Positions 1-7,170 of a stretch of 15,024 nt of DNA are shown here, piece after piece (position 1 is the first letter of the stretch; each line of letters begins with the position of its first letter). The stretch is taken from assembly GCA_049314435.1 (NCBI GenBank), contig JBMOFD010000047.1, forward strand, positions 1-15,024. The letters are read 5' to 3'. Made by a program: the position numbers and the translations under genes. Under the pieces are notes generated by a model. The model saw only the letters and a program-made list of their open reading frames with translations, was not told where the DNA came from and searched no databases. This DNA is from Chlamydiia bacterium (GTDB taxonomy: Bacteria; Chlamydiota; Chlamydiia; Chlamydiales; JBMOFD01).

Positions 1-69
1 ATTCCTCATAGGTTGATTTTAGTTTCTTCTGCAGGGCAGATCCCTTTGGTAGCCGTTCAAGGCGCCCAT

Positions 70-1722
70 CTAGATGCGCGCTATATGAGAGGCGCTCAGC
101 GTTGGCTCCCATAGATAGCCCTGTCCTGCCTGGAGCGTTTGGGGAGGCTCCTGGCCATAGCCCCATCCAAAGAGCGCTGCGGCATGCTCAAAGTCATAGG
201 CATGTGGCGTGATCCACCCTTCTTCTAGCCAGGCAGCGGGAAGATCAGGCGCAGCCACTCTTCTAAAGATGTCTCCACCATGATTATTGAGGATCTGTAG
301 CAACACAGGGCCTTGCGCGTAGCGGATCATGGAGAGAGAGTTGAGGTCGTGGATGGCGGTAAGGTCCCCTACGCAGATCCCAAGGGGCGATGAGGAGCTC
401 CACGCCCATCCAAGGGCCGTGGCGATGTTGCCGTCGATGCCGCTGGCACCTCGGTTCGCCCAGATCCTGGGGGCGTCTTCCCTAGGTGCGGCCCAGCGAG
501 CCAGGTGTCGCACCGGCATGCTATTGCCTATGAAAAGGAGCCCGTCAGAAGGCAGCTGGTCCAGCATAGCGCAGGCAGCTAGAGCTTCATCTGAAGGCGG
601 CCCCTCCAGGGAAGGAGCCTGCCGAGCTAACTCTTGCCAGGCCCGCTGCCATCGGGTGGGTGCCATCTCCTCTACAGAACCCTCGCCAGAGGTGACCCGT
701 AGCACTGCTGGGTCGCAATGAAACCGCTGGGGATTGACGAAGGCTGGATCCCAGTGTTGCACCCCAGCCTGGACCACTATGGTTGGAGGGGCATGACGCT
801 GCAGCCAAAGGAGCAGCTGCTTTGACAGAAGAGGCCCGCCGAGGTGGATCCAGAGATCTGGAGCCATCTCGGCGGGAAGTCGACGGTACATCGGGTCTGT
901 ATCTCGCATCAGAGCTGGATGGGATCGCAGTCGCCACTGGGAAAGCAGGTCGGGGATCACCACCGCTCCATGGCGATGGCATTCATCGATCAACGAGCTG
1001 TCCACCGCATTCCACTGTGCTCCCAGTGTGACTAGGGGTCTCTCAGCCTTTCGCAAACGCTCAAGAAGAGCTTCTTCCGTTTGCCGGAGAATAGGGGACT
1101 TGTTCTGATTTAGGCCAAGCGGCGACGGTGGGGAGAGCCAGGCTTGTGCCTCCTCCAGGGGCTCACCATGGAAAGGCTCCTTGAAGGGACAATTGATCTG
1201 TACCGGACCCTCTGCCGCATCACAAAGCAGACTCTGCACCTTCTCTCGCAATGTCTCAGGGGACATCGAGGACGTGGGGCAGGGAAGCTCTTCACAGCGG
1301 ACCACAGCCCCCGCCAGGAGTGGTGGTTGTGGCCAGGTTTGATGCGAGCCACGGAAGTGGGCTTCGGGGGGACGGTCGGCGGTTAAGACGATGATGGGAA
1401 GGCGCTGGATGCGAGCCTCGACCAGCCCCGGCAGTAGATTGGCAACGGCAGTGCCGCTTGTCGTTACGAGGATCACAGGCTTCCTTTCAGCATGTGCCAC
1501 TCCCATCGCTGCGAAAGCCAAGCCCCGTTCATCCCAATGGGAGAGAAGCCGCAGTGGCTTCTCTTGACGCATCTCCAGCAAGGCTCGGATCAGAGGTTGA
1601 GAGCGATTCCCTGGCGCAAAGCAGACGGTGGAAGAGCAGGTCTGAAGAAGCTCGGTCAGAAGGCAGCGTGACCAGGTGATATCGAGTGCTGGCAAGAAAG
1701 CCTCCTCTGTGAAACATGTCAC
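70..1722 (-). CDS. menD: 2-succinyl-5-enolpyruvyl-6-hydroxy-3-cyclohexene-1-carboxylate synthase (MenD)
   Basis: 550 aa with MenD motifs APGNRSQPL, DERGLAF, TSGTAVANLLP, TADRPPE, GPVQINCPF, GNSMPVR, NRGASGIDG and the ThDP-binding GDLTAIHDLNSL...NNHGGDIF. GTG start has GAGG 7 nt upstream. Confidence 0.95.
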   Translation of the reverse strand: MTCFTEEAFLPALDITWSRCLLTELLQTCSSTVCFAPGNRSQPLIRALLEMRQEKPLRLLSHWDERGLAFAAMGVAHAERKPVILVTTSGTAVANLLPGLVEARIQRLPIIVLTADRPPEAHFRGSHQTWPQPPLLAGAVVRCEELPCPTSSMSPETLREKVQSLLCDAAEGPVQINCPFKEPFHGEPLEEAQAWLSPPSPLGLNQNKSPILRQTEEALLERLRKAERPLVTLGAQWNAVDSSLIDECHRHGAVVIPDLLSQWRLRSHPALMRDTDPMYRRLPAEMAPDLWIHLGGPLLSKQLLLWLQRHAPPTIVVQAGVQHWDPAFVNPQRFHCDPAVLRVTSGEGSVEEMAPTRWQRAWQELARQAPSLEGPPSDEALAACAMLDQLPSDGLLFIGNSMPVRHLARWAAPREDAPRIWANRGASGIDGNIATALGWAWSSSSPLGICVGDLTAIHDLNSLSMIRYAQGPVLLQILNNHGGDIFRRVAAPDLPAAWLEEGWITPHAYDFEHAAALFGWGYGQEPPQTLQAGQGYLWEPTLSASHIARI

Positions 1723-1976
1723 GATGCTGCCTCAGCATGAGTGTTCTAAGCAAAAAGGCTCCAGACTGAAGCGAGACTGTGATGATCTGGCGCTCCGACG
1801 AGAACGCTCTCAAGACGATGGACCGCTAGATGTTTGCTTCCACGTACGACGGGGATGACTAAACCATGCCTTGACGGCGCCTGATGCAATGCTCGTCGCT
1901 GGATCCGAGAAGATTCATTCTTCCTCGACAATGGCTGTGTTACTATTGATGCGCAGTATTTCGAAATCACCGTTCC

Positions 1977-2984
1977 ATGGAGAAAGCTATGTATCGGCCT
2001 GCTATTAGCGCTTTAACCACAATGGGGGTGGTAACCAAGGGTCGACAGGCGATGCCTGGGTCGAAATGGCTGCGAGCGCGCAAGACTGGACTTGTCCTGG
2101 CACTCAGCTGCTGTATAGCGAGCTCTGGGATGGCCTTCGATCCTTGGATGGAGGAGTCTGAGATGGAGTACGCTCCGTTAACGCCCTCACCGAACAGCCA
2201 GCCAACAGGGTACGCACCGTCCATCACAATGTCGGATGAGGAATGGGCGGCGAAGGAAGCAGAGGTCGAGGCTATTGAAGCACGAGGGCCAATAGAGTGC
2301 CCCTATGACTTTGATGTGAGCGGAAAGTTCAATGAATTTCTCTCGTACCGATGGGACCCAGCTGTAGCGGACGAGCTGCGTGCCCGCGGATATGGGCTGG
2401 AGCTAGCCGACGGCTTTCTGGAGGATGGAAATTATCTAGCGGCGGCATGGAGCATGGCGGCGGAGCCCGATGCACAGGTGCGACTGAGCTGGCTCCTAGA
2501 GCGTGAGTCGACGCTGCACGTTCCCATCTTCTTCGAACTCGCGTTTACGTATTTGGAGCTCTATCCCACGATCGATGGGCTCTATCGTTACACCGGTCCC
2601 TACATCAAGGCGGGATCCTTCAGGGCGGTCCAGGACATTCAGCCTTTCGAACGGAATAGCAACGACGTCGTTGTTTGGATATTCGAGGGATCGGCCGGTG
2701 AATCCCTAGGACACTTGTGTAAGCGCTACGGTCTGGACGAGCAGGAGATAGACGACGTTGCTGCACAGCGACCCCAGGAGTATGCTGAAGCCAAGGGCAA
2801 TCTGATCCGGCGCATTGTAGAACTCAGTCTGACTAGCCCGCTGCCATCAGTCAAATGGCTATTATTTGGAACGATTCCGAATGAGATGATTGGAGTGAAT
2901 GGCTTTGGAGAGCAGGCCCGCCTGGACTTTGCCTCCGAGGTGCTCCGATACCAGTCGGGTCAAGACGATGATGACGATGACTGA
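1977..2984 (+). CDS. Hypothetical, probably secreted protein with an acidic C-terminal tail (true start may be 1989 or 2052)
   Basis: 335-codon ORF filling the gap between menD and nifS. From Met at 2052 it reads as a Sec-type signal (MPGSKWLRARK-TGLVLALSCCIASS-GMA). Acidic composition, ends QDDDDDD. No family recognised. Confidence 0.75.
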   Translation: MEKAMYRPAISALTTMGVVTKGRQAMPGSKWLRARKTGLVLALSCCIASSGMAFDPWMEESEMEYAPLTPSPNSQPTGYAPSITMSDEEWAAKEAEVEAIEARGPIECPYDFDVSGKFNEFLSYRWDPAVADELRARGYGLELADGFLEDGNYLAAAWSMAAEPDAQVRLSWLLERESTLHVPIFFELAFTYLELYPTIDGLYRYTGPYIKAGSFRAVQDIQPFERNSNDVVVWIFEGSAGESLGHLCKRYGLDEQEIDDVAAQRPQEYAEAKGNLIRRIVELSLTSPLPSVKWLLFGTIPNEMIGVNGFGEQARLDFASEVLRYQSGQDDDDDD

Positions 2985-3003
2985 GCTCTAAGCGAAAACG
3001 ACT

Positions 3004-4161
3004 TTAGATGGAGCTCGTGCTGAGGTGAGCCGGAGCTCCAACAAGAACGCGCTCCAGACGACAGACCGCCTCATCGATGTCAGTTTCGGTAGTGCCTCGT
3101 CCCACCGAGAAGCGGATGGCACTGCGCACTACAGCAGGAGGGAGCCCCATCGAGAGCAGGGCGGGGGAGAGCTCATGGGCGCCTGCAGAGCAGGCCGTCC
3201 CATGGCTCGCGCAGACCCCTGCCCGATCGAGCTCGATCACTAGGACCTCTCCCTCGTGGCCCGGGAACGCCACACATGTTGTGTTGCATAGGCGCGGGCT
3301 CTCTGCTCCGATGATCTCCACAGGGACGTCTAGAGCCAGCAATTTCTGTTCTAACCGATCTCGCAGCGCGCGCATCCGTATCGCCGCTTCCGGCAGGTCC
3401 AGCTGGACCAGCTCGATCGCACACGCCGCCCCTGCCCACGCAAGGAGAGCCTCAGTGCCCGACCTGCGGCCATGCTCTTGCCCGCCGCCGGTATGCAGTG
3501 GTTGGAGGTGAGCCGCCTTACGAAGGAGAGCGACGCCGGCTCCCGTTGGGCCATGGGCTTTATGAGCCGAGAGGGCCATACCCGTGACTCCGGGAAGCCA
3601 GCTGATCGGCTCTTTCCCCAGAAGTCCTACCGCATCGATGACCAGAGGGATCCTGTGCCAGGCGGCCAGTTCGCCGAGGGCACGGAGATCTTGGATGACG
3701 CCCGTCTCACTGTTCGCTCCCCCAAAGACCATCAGTACGACGTCGGGTGAGAGCGCCTCGGCGATCCGCTCCACCGAGAGCAGGCCTGATCGATCGGGAG
3801 CCATGGCGCGAGTCCGATACCCCAGAGTTTCTAGGGAACGCACTGTCGCCGTGACCGCCTTGTGATCGGCTGCCCCATAGAGGATCGTGCCCTTTGTGGG
3901 AGGAAGTAACCCACGGATCAGAAGGTTCAAGGCCTCGGTGCCGCCGGACGTAAAGATCACTTCCTGGGGCAGCATGCCGCAAGCCGTCGCTACCTGAGCT
4001 CGGATCTGAGCCAGCAAAGCCTTGGCTCGGCGGCCCGATGCATGCAGGCTGGAAGGATTAAGCGGTAGCCCCATCTCAGCGACACGAGTCATCTGCGCCC
4101 ACACTTCTGGATGAAGAGCGGTCGTTGCATTGTAATCTAAATAGATCGGGGCGGCTTCCAT
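3004..4161 (-). CDS. iscS: Cysteine desulfurase, NifS/IscS family (class V PLP enzyme)
   Basis: IYLDYNATT, NPSSLH, VIFTSGGTEA, NSETGVIQ, PLP-lysine motif SAHKAHGP, GGGQE..RRSGT, catalytic Cys loop SHGTACSAG, AIRFSVGR. Confidence 0.95.
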   Translation of the reverse strand: MEAAPIYLDYNATTALHPEVWAQMTRVAEMGLPLNPSSLHASGRRAKALLAQIRAQVATACGMLPQEVIFTSGGTEALNLLIRGLLPPTKGTILYGAADHKAVTATVRSLETLGYRTRAMAPDRSGLLSVERIAEALSPDVVLMVFGGANSETGVIQDLRALGELAAWHRIPLVIDAVGLLGKEPISWLPGVTGMALSAHKAHGPTGAGVALLRKAAHLQPLHTGGGQEHGRRSGTEALLAWAGAACAIELVQLDLPEAAIRMRALRDRLEQKLLALDVPVEIIGAESPRLCNTTCVAFPGHEGEVLVIELDRAGVCASHGTACSAGAHELSPALLSMGLPPAVVRSAIRFSVGRGTTETDIDEAVCRLERVLVGAPAHLSTSSI

Positions 4162-4168
4162 GCAGTCG

Positions 4169-4174
4169 AGTATA
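4169..4174 (-). promoter_or_regulatory. Putative -10 element (TATACT) 7 nt upstream of the nifS/iscS ATG
   Basis: Minus strand reads TATACT-cgactgc-ATG. No Shine-Dalgarno and no convincing -35. Confidence 0.4.
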
Positions 4175-4221
4175 GGCGGCAGAGGGGCTTACAGCCTAGC
4201 ATGACGGGCGTGAAATATTAA

Positions 4222-4974
4222 TTAACCAGATGGAGTTGCGGTTCGTGTGGTCCCGCCGGGACGAGCCGCGAGGAGGACTGTGATGTTATCATGGGAGTGG
4301 CGCTCCTTGGCCTGCTCGACGAGGAGGGTAGCGAGCTCCTGGAGAGAGGAGTGCTCCTGGAAGAAGGAGAAGAGAAGGTCGTCGCTGAGCGCCTCGGTCA
4401 GACCGTCGCTGCAGAGGAGGAAGACGCCCGATGTGGCGGGTAGGATCCCGGTGGCGACCTCGATGGTCATCCCGGTGCCTACGGCTCGGGTGAGCCGATG
4501 ACGCAGTCCTTCGACCGAGGCTTCTCCAATGCCCGCTTCGATGAGCTCAGCAGCCACCGTGTGGTCATGGGTCAACCGATGTAGGCGGGAGCCGTCCCAG
4601 TAGTAGATCCGGCTATCGCCTACATGGGCATAGCAGGCAAGAGAGTCGGTCCAGTGGAGGAGACAGAGCGTGGTGCCCATGCCTTGGAGAGAGGCGTCCT
4701 CCCAGCTCTTCGCAAAGACAGCGCTGTTGACTTCTTGGATAGCCTGAGCAAGGCATTCCGTGCGTTCTTCTGGAGAAGAGGGCGGCAGAGCCATCTCCTT
4801 CTCCAGCAAGCGGCACACCATCGACACCGCCTCACGAGCAGCCACCTCCCCAGCCTGATGACCACCCATCCCGTCGGCTAAGGCAAAGAGCCCCAGCAAA
4901 GGACGAGCATCCCAGGCGTCCTCATTGTTGGTCCGGAAGAGTCCGACGTCCGAGATGGCGGCCAGCTGGATCAA
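4222..4974 (-). CDS. PP2C/PPM-family Ser/Thr protein phosphatase (Stp1/PrpC-like; probable ortholog of chlamydial CT259/CppA)
   Basis: Motifs SDVG..R..NEDA, ADGMGGH..GEVA, MGTT, AHVGDSR, LTRAVG, LCSDGL, HDNIT. TTG start overlaps the serpin stop (TTGA) with GGAG 5 nt upstream. Confidence 0.95.
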   Translation of the reverse strand: MIQLAAISDVGLFRTNNEDAWDARPLLGLFALADGMGGHQAGEVAAREAVSMVCRLLEKEMALPPSSPEERTECLAQAIQEVNSAVFAKSWEDASLQGMGTTLCLLHWTDSLACYAHVGDSRIYYWDGSRLHRLTHDHTVAAELIEAGIGEASVEGLRHRLTRAVGTGMTIEVATGILPATSGVFLLCSDGLTEALSDDLLFSFFQEHSSLQELATLLVEQAKERHSHDNITVLLAARPGGTTRTATPSG

Positions 4975-6194
4975 AGCGTCTCCGGCTGCTGACAGATGCC
5001 TAAGAAGAGCAGAGCCCCGGAGGTGCGGTCGACCACCCCACAGAGGAAAGGACGATCGAAGCGGACTACCAAAGGAGTTGGAGGCTCACGCGCGGAGAGA
5101 ACCTGCATGGCCCCGCCCACAGCGGCGGTGGCGAGCAGCCCATCTTCATTGACCTCGAGAACCGCCTGATGCAATAGCGCCCCTACGTGGAGGCCGGGTA
5201 CATCGGAGATCCCAGTGAAGTCGGCTTGTGGTGTGAAGGCCAGCTTGATGTTGACCGCCTCTAGAGTTTGCGCTAGATCCCACTCAGAGGAGAGGCGGAA
5301 TCTGGGCAGATGCAGCTCCGTATAGGTCTGACGAGGGCTGGCTAGCCACTGAGAGATCTCCGCTGCGCGTAGGCGCATCAAGACATCTTGAGCTGAACGT
5401 CGCTTGGGCAGAACCAGCATCAGAGCCCAGCGCTGGTTGGCTCCAGCAATGGGCACCAGAACGACCGTTTCATTCTGCCGCTCAGCGACATCCATGAAGG
5501 CGGATTTCTGCATGAAGGGGGCTTGGCGGGTCTTGCCATCGCTCAGTGTGAAGGTGTCGGGCTGTGTCAGATCCCTAGAAAAGGGAATTGCCCAGCTGCC
5601 TTTTAGGTAGGTGGTACAAGCCAACACTAACTGTGTTTGCTCGTTGATGGTCGTAGGAGGGAAGAGATTCTCAATGACGCCATGGGTCTGCGAAGAGACC
5701 CACTTGTTGACCTCCTGCACAGCGGCATTAGGTTGAGTGAGTAGAGAGGAGATTCCCCATTGAAAATCGTTCTCCAGAAGCTCTCCGAAGCTCGGCTTCA
5801 CAGGGAACTGAGGGGCGATCCAGGCATGACCTGCAAATTCCACGGTCAGACTCTTTTCCCCTGGGGAGGCGTCCTGATCTTGGGCGGGTGGGTGCTGCCA
5901 CTCCTGGGTTAGACAACGAAGGGCTCGCGCACTCACGTTCTCTGGGACCAGTCGAGTGAGCTCTTGGCGCGTACGGCCTCGAGCTCCCTCAGCGAGTAGA
6001 TGGACCATCTCTTCGATCATGAAGTTCGAAAGGACCGAGGATTGTGCTGCAGGAGCGAGCTGAAGGAGCTCAATCCCCAGGTTCAATCCCGCGCTCACTG
6101 CCGCAGCACGGGCCATGGGTGGCAGCTGACGACAGTCGGGGGGAGATGCCACCAGGCTGCAAGTCAGCAACGAGAGAAACAACCTGAGGCGCAT
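4971..6194 (-). CDS. Secreted serpin (serine protease inhibitor family)
   Basis: N-terminal signal-like MRLRLFLSLLTCSLVA. Serpin motifs GARGRT..EL, VNKWVSSQTHGVI, YLKGSW..PF....T....F, PFM, LVLP, LHLPRF, ADFTGIS, hinge EVNEDG and C-terminal signature FDRPFL...LLFLG. Confidence 0.93.
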   Translation of the reverse strand: MRLRLFLSLLTCSLVASPPDCRQLPPMARAAAVSAGLNLGIELLQLAPAAQSSVLSNFMIEEMVHLLAEGARGRTRQELTRLVPENVSARALRCLTQEWQHPPAQDQDASPGEKSLTVEFAGHAWIAPQFPVKPSFGELLENDFQWGISSLLTQPNAAVQEVNKWVSSQTHGVIENLFPPTTINEQTQLVLACTTYLKGSWAIPFSRDLTQPDTFTLSDGKTRQAPFMQKSAFMDVAERQNETVVLVPIAGANQRWALMLVLPKRRSAQDVLMRLRAAEISQWLASPRQTYTELHLPRFRLSSEWDLAQTLEAVNIKLAFTPQADFTGISDVPGLHVGALLHQAVLEVNEDGLLATAAVGGAMQVLSAREPPTPLVVRFDRPFLCGVVDRTSGALLFLGICQQPETL

Positions 6195-6203
6195 GAAGGA
6201 CTC

Positions 6204-6893
6204 CTAGCGAGGTGCGTTGGCTTTTTCTAGGAGCACATAATGGTCTAGCCTCTGCACAACTGCTTCGACCAGCTTATTGTGTGCTGTGGCCAATGCGGAG
6301 TGGTTGAAGCTCCAGCTGCCATAGGCGACGTTCATGTAGTCGACTCGAGCTTCATTGGAAGGGGCCCGATGCTGCAGTTGAACGATCTCCTGATAGGCTA
6401 ACCGTGGGTCTGCTCCGCGGACGTCAATCACACGTACACGAACCTTGCAGTTCACTAAGTACCCAGCACCACCTACGGTCTCTCGAGTGTCGAGGGCTGT
6501 TCTAGCTGTTTGACTGCCGTCGTAGAGTTCTCGCTTGTGCTCGACAAGCTCTAGAGCTACGACAAATTCACTGGGCCGATAGGCCTTTGACCAGGTCATG
6601 TCAGGCCCAAAGAGAGAGATGTTCTCCATCGAGGGCATGCCGTCCTCTTTGACGATGTATAGATCCCCTGTCTCTAGCAGGCGGCGCCGAATCTCATGAG
6701 ACAACTCCCTAGATAGATCCCAGCCCACCTGATCGCCACTGCGATCCCGCACCTGTAGCAGGGCTACTACCGGTTTAACACGCCCATCATCGTGGTGGGT
6801 CGTGAATTCACTATACCGTTGTTGGCATCCCATGGGTGCTACGCTCACCAGCGCGCAGCAAGCCACCGAAAACCATCCTCGAAATGCGCCCAT
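6204..6893 (-). CDS. CT253-family chlamydial lipoprotein
   Basis: ATG at 6893 is preceded by GAGGAG and gives a lipoprotein signal ending P-M-G-C. Segments HDDGRVKPVVAL, WDLS.EL, EFVVALELVEH, VRVRVIDVRG..P...QEI and LA.AH match my recollection of the Chlamydiae-specific CT253 family (not searched). Confidence 0.75.
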   Translation of the reverse strand: MGAFRGWFSVACCALVSVAPMGCQQRYSEFTTHHDDGRVKPVVALLQVRDRSGDQVGWDLSRELSHEIRRRLLETGDLYIVKEDGMPSMENISLFGPDMTWSKAYRPSEFVVALELVEHKRELYDGSQTARTALDTRETVGGAGYLVNCKVRVRVIDVRGADPRLAYQEIVQLQHRAPSNEARVDYMNVAYGSWSFNHSALATAHNKLVEAVVQRLDHYVLLEKANAPR

Positions 6894-7088
6894 ATCGCTC
6901 CTCATCTGACTTTGAATCAAAATATCACTTCTACCTGCTTTCCGCCCAGGCTCGTCTCAACACTCCCTCGAGAATGGTCCCAAAGTGTTTCCGATGCCAG
7001 GACGCTCCGACATGTAATCTGAGGAGCAGGCAAGTGATGGCTCTGTAGTGTGGTGTAGATCGGATATTGAAGATCTTGTTCGTTGAAA

Positions 7089-7117
7089 TTGCTCCAGCTG
7101 GTGCTTTGAAGTATCAT
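7089..7117 (+). promoter_or_regulatory. Putative sigma66/sigma70 promoter for the first Inc-like gene
   Basis: TTGCTC-N17-TATCAT, followed by an A-rich leader and AGGAGCAGGAGC directly before the ATG at 7171. Confidence 0.5.
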
Positions 7118-7170
7118 TTTGGCTCAATGACGTGGATTAAAAAATAAAGAGAAGTGAAAGGAGCAGGAGC

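Noticed and set aside
1..69. Possible start of a downstream men gene or a 16-codon ORF right after the menD stop
   Set aside because: Too little sequence at the window edge, and the short ORF has no supporting features.
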